Shown: positions 29,365 to 42,688, counted from the stretch's first letter. The stretch: DNA of 64,000 nucleotides from a bacterium (GCA_963674695.2 CAXXGI010000001.1:384001-448000), one strand, 5' to 3'. The notes: generated by a model from the letters alone, not told the origin. Made by a program: numbers and translations.

Positions 29365-29919
29365 TCATTCGGTTTGGGAAAAATTGGCCGGAGGAATATC
29401 CATTTTCGACCACGGGCACGCCGCGCGGGTGAAAAAGATTTCGCGGTCGCAACCGGGGAGATTGTCGGCCCAAAACCCCTTCCACCCATACGCTCCAAGC
29501 ACAACCCATCCGGGGCTGATCACGCCCACCAACCCCTTAAAATGCGCCGCATCCAGATGGGCATCAAAGCCCTGGATGAAGGAATAATTCGGCGAACGCC
29601 CTTCGATCATCGCCGCGGCCGCCTCCAAAAGACCCTGCTCGATCAAGAACGTATACGGATGATCGACCAAATTCGTCTCGATCGCAAAGGCGTGCAATCC
29701 CTCGATCGAACGGAGGAGTTTTTTCACGCCGGAACGAACTCGTGCATGGCGTTTTTCGGGACCGAACCGCGTCTGATAGACTTGCCAAAGTTTGTGCAGA
29801 TCGACACCGCGAAACTTCTCGTCATAGGGGGATACATCCCCCTTGGCATCCAACGCATCAAGAGCCGCAAAGGCCCGCAAAACAGGCGCTGCCCACTTTT
29901 GCGCATTCATCTTCCACAT
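29365..29919 (-). CDS. Hypothetical protein
   Basis: 184-codon ORF with a GGAGG RBS, filling the gap between queA and porin 1; no recognised motif. Confidence 0.6.
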   Translation of the reverse strand: MWKMNAQKWAAPVLRAFAALDALDAKGDVSPYDEKFRGVDLHKLWQVYQTRFGPEKRHARVRSGVKKLLRSIEGLHAFAIETNLVDHPYTFLIEQGLLEAAAAMIEGRSPNYSFIQGFDAHLDAAHFKGLVGVISPGWVVLGAYGWKGFWADNLPGCDREIFFTRAACPWSKMDIPPANFSQTE

Positions 29920-30022
29920 AGAAACCTCCTGGTGTGCGCGAGTTCTCTACCGCCCCAAACCCCCATCCGTCAAGCCCCGCCGCTTGTCCTCTGATCTCAA
30001 ATATGCAAGGATAGCGGCGTTT

Positions 30023-31159
30023 ATGAGACATCTTGTCCTGGTCATCCTGATCACCCTCTTTGCCGCACTCCCGCGGCTTGGCGTCTGTGCGGATGGAAAT
30101 ATCCTCGGCGGCTTCGAGATCACGGGGTTTTTGAACGTCGGCGCTGGATTTCAGCACTACAGCCGCGATCCGATCACCAAAAATTTAAACGGCGGCAGCG
30201 CCTTCGGAGGCAGCTTGGGCGCGGTCCTGCCGGGGGTCAATGGCGGCCCCGCTCCGGTTCCGGGCGAAGACTACCTGCTCGCCTTCATCGATAACCTGGA
30301 ACTCGATATCGTCAAATCCTTCGGCAAGAGGGCAAGGCTTCGCGCCGATCTCTATTTCGCCCGACCGCTCTCCGGTTCGGCCGTCGGAACCACATCGGTC
30401 GAACACGCCTATCTGGCCGTCACGCTCTCGGAAAAATACGGTGCCGAGCTCGCGCTCGGGCGCATCGGCCTGGAGACGGGGATCGAGCCGTATGAACGCT
30501 ATTCACTCGATACGATCTCCGAGAGCGTGCTCTCGAACGCCAGCATGTACCCCGGCCCCGTCACGGCGATGCAGCTCGCCTTCACACCGATCGACGACGT
30601 CACGCTCTATCTGCTCGCCGCCAACGGCATGACCGACGACACGCTCATCCGCACCACCGCCATCCCCTCCGGCATCGGCATCGTCGAAGTCAACTGGGGC
30701 GATCCGGATCAGGGCAACGGCATCGTCATCACCGCGGATGTCAGCCCCGACTCGGACGCCAACGGGCATCTGACCTATGGCGGCAACATCGACCTCTATC
30801 AGTATGTGCTGCCCAACCTGCAACTCTCGCTTGAGGGGCTGGCGCGCCGTGACAACGCTATAGCCGGCGGCGTGAACACGACCTACGCCGCAGCCCTCGG
30901 CAATCTGCGCTGGGACATCACCAAGCGTTGGTATGCGGTCTTCAAATACGCCTATGCCTGGCAGTCGGCGGCGGGAAACGGTTTCTACAACCTCACCGGC
31001 GCGCACCAACAGCTGCATGAGGCCTGGATCGGTTTTGGGCATTACCTGGCCGACACGGTGAAGCTCAAGTGGGAGGTGCGCATGGACGTCACCGACCCGG
31101 CCGTCGGCGCTACCCAGTGGATCGCCAGCAGTGCTATCGGCATCGGCTGCGCATTCTGA
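30023..31159 (+). CDS. Outer-membrane beta-barrel (porin-like), paralog 1
   Basis: Signal peptide, amphipathic strands, C-terminal Phe; shares ARLRADL(Y/F)F and [11 protein letters not shown] with 32516-33682. Confidence 0.75.
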   Translation: MRHLVLVILITLFAALPRLGVCADGNILGGFEITGFLNVGAGFQHYSRDPITKNLNGGSAFGGSLGAVLPGVNGGPAPVPGEDYLLAFIDNLELDIVKSFGKRARLRADLYFARPLSGSAVGTTSVEHAYLAVTLSEKYGAELALGRIGLETGIEPYERYSLDTISESVLSNASMYPGPVTAMQLAFTPIDDVTLYLLAANGMTDDTLIRTTAIPSGIGIVEVNWGDPDQGNGIVITADVSPDSDANGHLTYGGNIDLYQYVLPNLQLSLEGLARRDNAIAGGVNTTYAAALGNLRWDITKRWYAVFKYAYAWQSAAGNGFYNLTGAHQQLHEAWIGFGHYLADTVKLKWEVRMDVTDPAVGATQWIASSAIGIGCAF

Positions 31160-31182
31160 AGAACGTTGAAGGAGGCAGTGCC

Positions 31183-32418
31183 ATGGCCTGGTTCATCGAT
31201 CCGATCCGGCGCAACAGTCTCATCATCGGAATAGTTGGGGTGCTCCTCATCGCCGCCAGCTCGTTTTTCTTCATCCGCACCAGCAATCGCTTCTTCATCC
31301 GCCTCATGGGGGAAAACCTGATCTTTGCTGCCGCCGACCTCGCCGCCGACCTCGACGGCGACGCGCATGCACGGCTTCGCACGCCCACCGACATGGACAG
31401 CGCCGCATATACCACCATATCGAACATGCTGGAGAGAATCCGCACCTACTCCAAGTCCATCGTCGACACCTACACCGTCCGCATGGTCGATGGGGAGCTA
31501 CAGCTGATCCTGAGTCCACCGGTCGATTACGATCACAACGGGAAGATCGAAGGAGAGCTGGAGGAACGCGACGACATCGGCACACCCTATGGCGAGGACC
31601 CCGAACCCGAGATGGTCGGCGCCTTCAACGGAAAATCCACCGCCGCGAAGGGGTTTTCCGACGACCGATGGGGGACGTGGCTCACCGCCTGCGCCCCGAT
31701 TCGCACCTCGGCGGGTCTGGTCGACGGCGCGGTCTGCGTCGACGAGAGCGCCCATCACGTGAGAGGGCAGATGCGCCAGGTCATGGCCATGACGGTGGCG
31801 CTAGCGACGATCGCCTCCGGCCTGCTCATCCTGATGCTCATCAGTTATCTCCGTGCGCGCACGGAACTGGCCGGTCGCCGCAGGGCCGAGCGCCAGCGCG
31901 AAGAGGCACTGCAGCGCTTTGAAGGCGCCATGGAAGCGACGCCCATGGTCGCGACGCAGGGGTTTTCCCCCGACGGCCACATCCTCTACTGGAACCCGGC
32001 ATCGGAGCAGCTCTATGGCCATAGCCGCACCGAGGTCATCGGAAAACTGCTCGCGGATCTATTGCTCGCACCGGAAGAGGTAAAGAAATTTCAGGAGCTC
32101 CTCGATGACATCGTCGCGGGACACGTGGAAACGAAGCCTCGCGAATGGACCGTGCGACATCAGGACGGAACAACGCGGCATGTCCTGTCCAGCATGTTTC
32201 CCATCCGCGAACAGGGCACCATCTCGACCATCTTCTGCATGGATGTCGACGTCACCGCCGAACACCAGGCGCGCAGCGACCTCAAAAAACAACTCCAGCT
32301 GATGGAGCGCTTCAATCAAGCGGCGATGGGTCGCGAAATGCGCATCCTCGAGCTCAAGGCTGAAATCAATACCCTCCTCAAGACGCTCGGACGCACCGAA
32401 AAATTCACGATCGTCTGA
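31183..32418 (+). CDS. Membrane sensor (2 TM, Cache-like, PAS) lacking a catalytic output domain
   Basis: GGAGG RBS; DRWGTWLTACAPI; PAS ILYWNPASEQLYGHSRTEVIGK...MDVDVT; ends in coiled coil ERFNQAAMGREMRILELKAEIN. Confidence 0.8.
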   Translation: MAWFIDPIRRNSLIIGIVGVLLIAASSFFFIRTSNRFFIRLMGENLIFAAADLAADLDGDAHARLRTPTDMDSAAYTTISNMLERIRTYSKSIVDTYTVRMVDGELQLILSPPVDYDHNGKIEGELEERDDIGTPYGEDPEPEMVGAFNGKSTAAKGFSDDRWGTWLTACAPIRTSAGLVDGAVCVDESAHHVRGQMRQVMAMTVALATIASGLLILMLISYLRARTELAGRRRAERQREEALQRFEGAMEATPMVATQGFSPDGHILYWNPASEQLYGHSRTEVIGKLLADLLLAPEEVKKFQELLDDIVAGHVETKPREWTVRHQDGTTRHVLSSMFPIREQGTISTIFCMDVDVTAEHQARSDLKKQLQLMERFNQAAMGREMRILELKAEINTLLKTLGRTEKFTIV

Positions 32419-32515
32419 TCCTCCCAGACCATCCCGACGATACCGTCTTTTCCTTGTGCTCGCCCGCCTCTTGTGGAAATCTCCCCTCACGCATTTCTTT
32501 CCTCCTGGGGGGTCG

Positions 32516-35207
<2,692 letters not shown>

Positions 35208-35295
35208 GCTCGTTGTCGATCCGTTCTCTCACGAACCCCCGCACGGCATCACGGGCGTGCGGGTTTGACCATACATTCGCGAAGGATACACACCG

Positions 35296-37026
35296 ATGAT
35301 GCCCAACTCTTGGAAATGGAAACTGGTCCTGTTGGTCGGACTGATCGCGATCTCCCTCTACCTGCTCGTGCCGACGCTCTTCGGCTTTCAGGAGCGCCTC
35401 GAGCGCGCCGAGGCCGAAGGGATGCAACGCCCTTGGTATTTCTCCGTCTTCCCCGAAAAGGGAATCAACCTGGGGCTCGACCTGCGCGGCGGCATCTACA
35501 TGGAGTTCGAGGTCGAGACGGGAAAAGCCATCAGCAACAAGGTCGACATGATCATCGGCGACCTCACGCGTGAGATGAAGAACGATGAGATTGCCTTCAC
35601 CACCATTCGCCAAGACCCCTCGACGCACGCGATCACCATTGCTGGACTTGGCCCCGACGGCAACGCTCGCATCGGGGACATGGTGACCAACACCTGGTCG
35701 AACGTCCTGACCCCTGAGTCGAGCACCGCCGACAGCGCAACGCTCGGCCTGCTGGAGAGCTATGCCTCCTACCTACGCGAGCTGATCATCAAGCAGGCGC
35801 TGGAGAAGGTGCGCAACCGCATCGATCGCTACGGTGTGGCCGAGCCCTCGATCCAACGCTTGGGCTCCGACCGCATCGCGGTGGAGCTCCCGGGCATCAA
35901 GGATCCGGACCGCGCAATCGGCATCATCAAGAAGGCGGGCCAGCTCGAATTCAAGATCATCTCCGACGACATGGACGAAGCCAAACTTCGCCCCCTCATC
36001 GCCGAAGCGCGCAAGGAGCTGAATCTTCCCAACGACTATTCCCTCAAGACCACCGAGCGCATCAACGAGCAGTTGCGTGAGAAGCTTCCGCCGGACACCG
36101 AGATCGCCTTCGAGCTGCAATACGATCCGGTCACGCGCCAGGTCACCGGGGCCGTCCCCTATCTCCTCTATCGCCGCGCCGAAGTGACCGGCGAGATGCT
36201 CAAGAACACCCAGGTCAACGTGCAGAACAACGAACCCTACGTCAGCCTCACCTTCGACGCCCAGGGAACGCAGCTCTTCGGTGAGACCACGACCAAACAT
36301 ACAGGAAAACGGATGGCCATCCTGCTCGACGGCACGGTGACCAAGGCACCCGTAATCCGAGAGCCGATCCTCGGCGGACAGGCGCAGATCACGCTCGGCT
36401 ACGGCGGCTATGGCGACCTGCTCAAGGAGGCCGAGGACCTCACCCTCGTGTTGCAGGAGGGCGCGCTGCCCGCGCAGCTCACCGAGGCCACCAAGACGAT
36501 CGTCGGCCCGAGCCTGGGTGCCGATTCGATCCATAAGGGAATCGTCGCCACGGTCATCGGCGCCATCCTCGTCTTCATCTTCATGATGATCTATTATAAG
36601 TGGTCGGGGGTCATCGCCGACATCGCCCTCATGATCAACCTGATGTTCATCCTCTCAGCGCTCGCGCTCTTTCAGGCCACGCTCACGCTTCCGGGTATCG
36701 CGGGAATCGTGCTGACACTGGGTATGGCGGTAGATGCCAACGTGTTGATCTTCGAGCGCATCCGCGAAGAACTGCGGTCGGGAAAGCCTGTGCGCCAAGC
36801 CATCGACGGCGGCTATCACAATGCCATGCGCACGATCATCGACGCCAACGTCACCACGCTCATCGCAGCGGTCGTGCTCTACCAATTCGGCACCGGGCCC
36901 ATCAAAGGCTTCGCCGTCACGCTGACCATCGGTCTGCTGGTGAGCATGTATACGGCCTGCGTCTGCACCCGCATGGTGTATGATTACTTCCTGACCAAGC
37001 GTCACATGACGAAGGTGAGCATCTAA
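35296..37026 (+). CDS. secD: Protein translocase subunit SecD
   Basis: Motifs LGLDLRGG, RNRIDRYGVAEP, VGPSLG, GMAVDANVLIFERIREE. Confidence 0.97.
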   Translation: MMPNSWKWKLVLLVGLIAISLYLLVPTLFGFQERLERAEAEGMQRPWYFSVFPEKGINLGLDLRGGIYMEFEVETGKAISNKVDMIIGDLTREMKNDEIAFTTIRQDPSTHAITIAGLGPDGNARIGDMVTNTWSNVLTPESSTADSATLGLLESYASYLRELIIKQALEKVRNRIDRYGVAEPSIQRLGSDRIAVELPGIKDPDRAIGIIKKAGQLEFKIISDDMDEAKLRPLIAEARKELNLPNDYSLKTTERINEQLREKLPPDTEIAFELQYDPVTRQVTGAVPYLLYRRAEVTGEMLKNTQVNVQNNEPYVSLTFDAQGTQLFGETTTKHTGKRMAILLDGTVTKAPVIREPILGGQAQITLGYGGYGDLLKEAEDLTLVLQEGALPAQLTEATKTIVGPSLGADSIHKGIVATVIGAILVFIFMMIYYKWSGVIADIALMINLMFILSALALFQATLTLPGIAGIVLTLGMAVDANVLIFERIREELRSGKPVRQAIDGGYHNAMRTIIDANVTTLIAAVVLYQFGTGPIKGFAVTLTIGLLVSMYTACVCTRMVYDYFLTKRHMTKVSI

Positions 37027-37095
37027 AAAAGTTCGATGGTCCGTCGGTTCGATGGTCCGATGGTACAGGCGAACGAACACAAGAGGGTTTTCTCC

Positions 37096-38010
37096 ATGAA
37101 ACAACCGCGATTCAACTTGCCGTTCATCAAATACCGCTACGCCTTCATCGCCCTGTCGGTGATCGCCGTGGTCGCATCGCTCGTCCTGTTCGCGACCAAG
37201 GGGTTCAACTACGGCATCGACTTCAAAGGCGGTGCAAAGATTGAATTTCAATTCACCGAACCGGTGACCGAGAACCAGGTGCGCGAAGCGCTGGCCCCGC
37301 TCGATCTGGGAGATGTCAGCGTCGTGCGCTTCGGCGAAGCCTCCGACAACCGCATGAGCATCAAGGTTGAACTCCCGGAAGAGCATGCCGGTATCGGCGA
37401 ATCCATCTTCACCGCACTGACAACCGCTTTTGGCGAAGGCAACGTAAAACTCGAACAGGAGGAGACCGTCGGCCCCCGCGTGGGCGAAGAACTGCGCCGA
37501 AAAGCGTGGCTCACCATCCTCTTCTCCTGGGTATTGATGCTCATCTACATCGGATATCGCTTCGACTTTCTTTTCGCCCCCGGCGCGGTTATCGCCCTCA
37601 TGCACGACGTCATCATCACGCTGGGTTTCTTCGCGCTCCTGGGAAAAGAGATCAACCTCGCCATCCTCGCGGCGATCCTCACCCTCATCGGCTATTCGAT
37701 CAACGATACCATCGTCGTCTTCGATCGCATCCGCGAAAACAAAAACCGTATTTCGCCGTCGACCATCATGGATGTCGTCAACGAGTGCCTCAACGCGACG
37801 CTCGCGCGAACCATCATCACATCGCTGACCGTGCTCTTCGTGGTCGTGGTGCTCTTCTTCAAAGGCGGCGGCACGCTCCACGACTTCGCCTTTGCACTGA
37901 TCGTCGGCGTGATCGTCGGAACCTATTCCTCGATCTTCATCGCCTCGCCCGTCTATGTCGGCCTCTATGATAACTGGCCACGCATTCGGAAACTCTGGGC
38001 GAAACGGTAA
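37096..38010 (+). CDS. secF: Protein translocase subunit SecF
   Basis: Motifs GIDFKGG, GYSINDTIVVFDRIRE, GTYSSIFIA. Confidence 0.97.
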   Translation: MKQPRFNLPFIKYRYAFIALSVIAVVASLVLFATKGFNYGIDFKGGAKIEFQFTEPVTENQVREALAPLDLGDVSVVRFGEASDNRMSIKVELPEEHAGIGESIFTALTTAFGEGNVKLEQEETVGPRVGEELRRKAWLTILFSWVLMLIYIGYRFDFLFAPGAVIALMHDVIITLGFFALLGKEINLAILAAILTLIGYSINDTIVVFDRIRENKNRISPSTIMDVVNECLNATLARTIITSLTVLFVVVVLFFKGGGTLHDFAFALIVGVIVGTYSSIFIASPVYVGLYDNWPRIRKLWAKR

Positions 38011-38011
38011 A

Positions 38012-38043
38012 ATCGAGATTCCCGCCTCCGCGGGAATGACAAC
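38012..38043. repeat. Single dRS3-like ATTCCC-N8-GGGAAT unit
   Basis: atcgagattcccgcctccgcgggaatgacaac. Confidence 0.85.
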
Positions 38044-38072
38044 ACAATGGTAAACGCTTACGTATCTCTCCT

Positions 38073-39779
38073 ATGTCCTACACGTGGACCATCAACACGA
38101 TTGACCTGGAGGCAGCTGCACAGCTTGCCCGTGCGCTCGAGCTGCATCCGATCGTTGCCCAGATCATGATTGGGCGCGGCATCACCCAACCCGAGGCCGC
38201 GCGCCGTTGGCTCGAACCGGAACTGGCCGGACTCCCCGATCCGGATACGCTCCCGGATATGATGCTCGCCACCGAACGCCTTGCCCATGCGATTTCAAAC
38301 GGGGAACGCATCGCCCTCTTCGGCGATTATGACGTGGACGGCGTCTCCGGAACGGCACTGGTCGTGCGCGCCCTGCGTCACCTGGGCGCTGCCCCCCTCT
38401 TCATGCTTCCTTCCCGTCATGGGGAAGGCTATGGGCTGACGACCGCTGCGGTCGAAGCACTGCATGAGCGTGGAGCATCGCTCATCGTCACCGTGGACAA
38501 CGGGACACGCTCATTCGCTGAAGTCGAGCATGCGCGCTCGCTCGGCATGGACGTCATCATTACCGATCATCACGACGCTTCTGCCGGACGGCCGGATGCC
38601 ATCGCCGTGGTCAATCCACAACTCGATGAGCAGCATCCCGAGAACGCGGTCCTGTCCGGCTGCGGCGTGGCATTCATGCTCATGCTGTCGCTGCGCCGAA
38701 ACCTGCGAAATGCCGGCGTTGCCAACGCCGCCACTCTCAACGGCAAGCGTCTGCTCGATCTCGTTGCGCTCGGCACAATTGCCGATATCGTCCCGCTCAC
38801 CGGCCCCAACCGCATTCTCGTGCGCCACGGCTTACAGGAACTCGCTGCGGGAGAACGGGCGGGCGTTCGCGCACTGATGCAAGTGAGCCGAACGTCTCCC
38901 GACGCCCTCACACCGATCACGGTCGCCTTTCAACTCGCTCCGCGGCTCAATGCCGCCGGCCGTATGGGAAGCGCCGAACCGGCGCTCAACCTGCTGCTCA
39001 CCGATGACCCCGATGAGGCCGTGGCACTCGCGACAGAGCTCGACCGAACCAATCAGGAGCGTCGTCAGCTCGAATCGAATATCCTGGCGGAGATCGACAA
39101 AGAACTTTCCGCGGAGGAAGCGCCCCATAGGCCTCGTGGACTGGTCCTGGCCGGATCGGACTGGCATGTGGGTGTGCTGGGTATCGTCGCCTCCAAACTC
39201 GCACGTCGCCTCAACCTCCCTGTGGCCGTCTTCACCACATCGACGACCCCCGCCCGCGGCTCCGCTCGGGCTCCGAATGCGGTCAATCTGATGACCGCGC
39301 TTGGATCCTGCGCCGACCTCCTGGTGCGCTACGGAGGGCATGCCCAGGCCGCCGGCATGTCGATCGATCCGAAGCGGATGGACGCCTTTCGCACCCGTTT
39401 CGACCAATCCTGCCGTCTGCTCTGCTCGGAAACAGCCGGCCCACAGACCGTCGTGGATGCCCTGGTCGATCCGAAGGATGTGAGCCTCGATCTGGTGGAA
39501 CAGCTCGATCGCCTGGAACCCTTCGGCGCCGGAAACCCCGAACCCGTACTCGGCATGCACCACCTCGACGTGGTCGAGCGCCGCATCGTGGGAAAGGGAC
39601 ATCTCAAACTCACGCTCGCGCGCGAAGGCCAGCGTTTCGAGGCCATCGGCTTCTCCTTCGCCGATCGGTTGCAGGAGAGCTGCTCGCGCGTGAGTGCCGC
39701 CTTCGTTCCCCAGATGAACACCTGGAACGGCGTGACGAGCATCCAGCTCAAGCTCAAGGATATCCAGCCGGAGGAATGA
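38073..39779 (+). CDS. recJ: ssDNA-specific exonuclease RecJ
   Basis: DHH motifs GDYDVDG, TVDNG, ITDHH, PRLNAAGR, GGHAQAAG, EPFGAGNPEP. Confidence 0.95.
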   Translation: MSYTWTINTIDLEAAAQLARALELHPIVAQIMIGRGITQPEAARRWLEPELAGLPDPDTLPDMMLATERLAHAISNGERIALFGDYDVDGVSGTALVVRALRHLGAAPLFMLPSRHGEGYGLTTAAVEALHERGASLIVTVDNGTRSFAEVEHARSLGMDVIITDHHDASAGRPDAIAVVNPQLDEQHPENAVLSGCGVAFMLMLSLRRNLRNAGVANAATLNGKRLLDLVALGTIADIVPLTGPNRILVRHGLQELAAGERAGVRALMQVSRTSPDALTPITVAFQLAPRLNAAGRMGSAEPALNLLLTDDPDEAVALATELDRTNQERRQLESNILAEIDKELSAEEAPHRPRGLVLAGSDWHVGVLGIVASKLARRLNLPVAVFTTSTTPARGSARAPNAVNLMTALGSCADLLVRYGGHAQAAGMSIDPKRMDAFRTRFDQSCRLLCSETAGPQTVVDALVDPKDVSLDLVEQLDRLEPFGAGNPEPVLGMHHLDVVERRIVGKGHLKLTLAREGQRFEAIGFSFADRLQESCSRVSAAFVPQMNTWNGVTSIQLKLKDIQPEE

Positions 39780-40147
39780 TGTTCGAAATCGTCGTCGGCC
39801 GAACCTTTCCGGCCGAACATGCCCTGCATCTCAATAGCGAACAGATCGAAGCACCACACGCCCACGACTGGCGCTGTGAGGTCTGCCTTCACAGCGACAC
39901 GCTCGATGACGCTGGATGCGTCATCGACTTCCGCGAGGTCGACGCCGCACTCGATCGCGCGATCGAACCGATCGCCGGCACCGCACTCCAGGAACACCCG
40001 TTCTTTGCGGGAACGAGCCCATCGGCGGAAAATGTCGCGCACTATCTCTATCGCTGTCTCAACCAATCGCTCGCAGGAGGCAGTGCCCACATCGTACGCG
40101 TCACCACATGGGAGGACGCCGAGCACGGAGCATCGTATTGGGAATGA
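39776..40147 (+). CDS. queD: 6-carboxytetrahydropterin synthase
   Basis: Motifs AEH...PHAHDW, VIDF, SPSAENVA; operonic with queC and queE. Confidence 0.88.
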   Translation: MMFEIVVGRTFPAEHALHLNSEQIEAPHAHDWRCEVCLHSDTLDDAGCVIDFREVDAALDRAIEPIAGTALQEHPFFAGTSPSAENVAHYLYRCLNQSLAGGSAHIVRVTTWEDAEHGASYWE

Positions 40148-40830
40148 AACCGACCGCCATCACATTGCTCTCCGGGGGCCTCGACAGCGCTGTGGCAACG
40201 CAGCTCGCCGCACGCGAATCTGAGATCGCATTGGCGCTCACCTTCGACTACGGCCAGCGCGCTGCCGAACGTGAAATCGCGATCGCGCAGCGCCTTTGCG
40301 CCGACCGCGAGATCGAGCATCGCGTCGTCGCGCTCCCCTGGCTTGGGGGTGAAACCGCGACCGCCCTGGTCGACCGCACCCACGCCCTCCCGGAGCGAAC
40401 GCCCGACGGAGTCGATGCCAACGCCCAAGACAGCGCCGCTGCCGTCTGGGTCCCGGCACGCAATGCAATCTTCATCGCTATCGCCGCCGCCTATGCCGAA
40501 GCGCGTGGAGCGAAACGAATCATCGCCGGCTTCAACATTGAGGAAGCCCAGACCTTTCCCGACAATTCGCAGGGTTTTGTCGATGCCGCCAACGCCCTGC
40601 TGGCATTTGCCACCCGGACGAACGTGCGCGTGGACAGCCCGACCGTCGGAATGTCCAAACCCGAGATCGCGCGCGCCTTCCTCGACCTAAAGATCGCGCC
40701 GAGCGACTTCTGGTGTTGTTATGAAGGAGCGGAAACACTCTGTGGCCGATGCGAATCCTGCGCCCGAACCAAACGCGCCTTTCAAACGATCGGGGCGTGG
40801 GAAACAATCGCCGCGCGATTCGACACCTGA
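40144..40830 (+). CDS. queC: 7-cyano-7-deazaguanine synthase
   Basis: Motifs LLSGGLDS, FDYGQR, WVPARN, and Zn site CY...CGRCESC. Confidence 0.93.
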   Translation: MKPTAITLLSGGLDSAVATQLAARESEIALALTFDYGQRAAEREIAIAQRLCADREIEHRVVALPWLGGETATALVDRTHALPERTPDGVDANAQDSAAAVWVPARNAIFIAIAAAYAEARGAKRIIAGFNIEEAQTFPDNSQGFVDAANALLAFATRTNVRVDSPTVGMSKPEIARAFLDLKIAPSDFWCCYEGAETLCGRCESCARTKRAFQTIGAWETIAARFDT

Positions 40831-40908
40831 ACCAAACCTGACCTCTGGAGGTGCTCCTGACGTGGCGCATGGCGAAGCGATCCGTTTTGGCCTACGAGGA
40901 ACACAACG

Positions 40909-41463
40909 ATGAAGACTCACTGGATCGACGACACAATCACCTATGATGGAACGCAACTGCGTTCCTGCTGGATCACGGAGCAGACCGGTCAGACCGGTGA
41001 TGCCATCGCGGCCTTCGTCGGGCCCGCCGATGTCCCGATCGAAAACATGGTCGACCTCGACGACGTCGCCGCGAACGCCCCGATTTATTCGCCCCTGATG
41101 CTCCACCTCCTCATCGAACACGCGGGCGCCGACATCGCTCTGGGCGTGGCGCGGCAACGACTGCTCACGGCCATCATCGCCGAACTCCTGCACGAGAGCG
41201 GCGCGACCGATCTCGTGCGTCGCGGCGACGACCTCTTCGACGGTGAACGAAAACTCTCCGTCTCGATCGCCACGACCTCTGCGCAGGACACGCTCATCCA
41301 CTTCGCCCTCAACATCGAATGCGAGGGAACGCCCGTGCCAACGCAGGGGCTGGCCCACTACGGCATCGACCCCCAGCAGTTGGGCGAAGCGATCATGCGC
41401 CGCTACGCCGAAGAGATCGCCCAGATGGCCCATGCATGCACAAAAGTACGCTCGGTCCCCTGA
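40909..41463 (+). CDS. DUF366 family protein (BPL/LplA-like fold)
   Basis: Motifs YDGTQLRSCW, F.GPADV...MVDLDD, MLHLLIEH, RQRLL, RRGDDLF..RKLSVSIAT. Confidence 0.8.
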   Translation: MKTHWIDDTITYDGTQLRSCWITEQTGQTGDAIAAFVGPADVPIENMVDLDDVAANAPIYSPLMLHLLIEHAGADIALGVARQRLLTAIIAELLHESGATDLVRRGDDLFDGERKLSVSIATTSAQDTLIHFALNIECEGTPVPTQGLAHYGIDPQQLGEAIMRRYAEEIAQMAHACTKVRSVP

Positions 41464-41551
41464 AGAAAAACACCGCCTATCCGATTGAATTTAAAGCGCT
41501 TTTCATTTTCAACTATTTTCTTTCTGCCGCCAACGCTATGCACGCCCGCAC

Positions 41552-42295
41552 ATGCAAACCACCGCACAGATCGTCGAAATCTTCAGCTCCCGTCAGGGCG
41601 AGGGGCTCTATGTCGGAAAGCCCATGACCTTCCTGCGCTTTGGGCGCTGTGGCCTGCGCTGTCAATACTGCGACACGCCCCAGGGGCTGTGCCATCAGGA
41701 GTCATTTCGCGTCGAGTCGCCCGCAGGATCGGAGTCCTTCGTCGACGAACACAACCCGGTCTCCGCCGCGCGCCTGAGCGAACTGGTCGCGACATTCGAT
41801 GATCCGGTGCTGGCCATCACCGGCGGCGAACCCTTGGAACAGGCCGACTTTCTCGTGCATTGGCTTCCCTCGCAGACGCCGCGCCGAACCATCATGCTCG
41901 AGACCAACGGCATCCACGTGGAGGAGCTCAAGAGGGTCCTCCCCTTCCTGCACATCGTCAGCATGGACATCAAACTCCCCTCGGCGACCGGTCGCCGAGC
42001 CCGCTGGGAGGAACACAAGGCGTTTCTCGAAACAGCGCTGTCCCGAACCGCCGAGGTCTACGCCAAGATCATCGTCACCGCGGAGACGACCGATCGCGAC
42101 ATCGAACGTGCCCTCGACCTGATTGGGCGCACCAACAAGCACATCCCGCTGATCATCCAACCCGCCTCCGCAACACTCACCTTCCATCACCCCGCAACAA
42201 CCGAGCGCATCGAATCGCTCGCACGCCTCTGCGGTGTCTACCTCCCCAATGTGCAGGTCATCCCGCAGATGCACAAACAGTGGGGCGTGCTTTAG
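41552..42295 (+). CDS. queE: 7-carboxy-7-deazaguanine synthase (radical SAM)
   Basis: Motifs EIFSSRQGEG, CGLRCQYCDT, ITGGEPL, IPQMHK. Confidence 0.92.
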   Translation: MQTTAQIVEIFSSRQGEGLYVGKPMTFLRFGRCGLRCQYCDTPQGLCHQESFRVESPAGSESFVDEHNPVSAARLSELVATFDDPVLAITGGEPLEQADFLVHWLPSQTPRRTIMLETNGIHVEELKRVLPFLHIVSMDIKLPSATGRRARWEEHKAFLETALSRTAEVYAKIIVTAETTDRDIERALDLIGRTNKHIPLIIQPASATLTFHHPATTERIESLARLCGVYLPNVQVIPQMHKQWGVL

Positions 42296-42331
42296 CACGC
42301 CATCATCCTGCATGCTCCACAACATGACTGT

Positions 42332-42532
42332 CTGCCACGGCATCCTCCCCTCCGTCGCTCGAGCGCGCTCGCCTCCCTACTCGCCGTGAAAAGATCGCTG
42401 GGTTCAAAAACACGAATTGCGGATCTTCCTTCGTCAGATCGCAACTCGTGAACCCAGTCGATCTTTTCACGACTCATACGGTCGGTCTCGCAGACGCGCT
42501 TTTAGGCTCCTCCGGGAAGGATACCGTGGCAG
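42332..42532. repeat. Nested-hairpin repeat element, diverged member of the 49893/55897 family
   Basis: Outer arms ctgccacggcatcc / ggataccgtggcag; inner 87-bp hairpin 42385-42471; shared segment gtctcgca(g/a)acgcgc...ctcctccgggaagg. Confidence 0.7.
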
Positions 42533-42605
42533 GCAGGAAGGCAGTCTATACGACCCTGGGCGATTATGAACCAACACCGAAAGGGGATCTCGACGTACAC
42601 TGACA

Positions 42606-42662
42606 ATCGAGATTCCCGCTGGAGCCTGCCCTCGAATAATTGAATCGGGGGCGGGAATGACT
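42606..42662. repeat. dRS3-like unit with expanded loop
   Basis: atcgagattcccgc-[tggagcctgccctcgaataattgaatcgggg]-gcgggaatgac. Confidence 0.7.
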
Positions 42663-42688
42663 CCTCACCAACTGACGACACGCCCTGG

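Noticed and set aside
39776-42295. queCDE as a Dpd or Qat anti-phage DNA-modification system
   Set aside because: Canonical tgt and queA are nearby and there is no dpdA or qat gene, so tRNA queuosine synthesis explains the cluster.
42480-42600. 6S RNA or IS110 bridge-RNA-like ncRNA
   Set aside because: Only a vague resemblance, and most of it is explained by the nested-hairpin repeat family; an Rfam/Infernal search would be needed.
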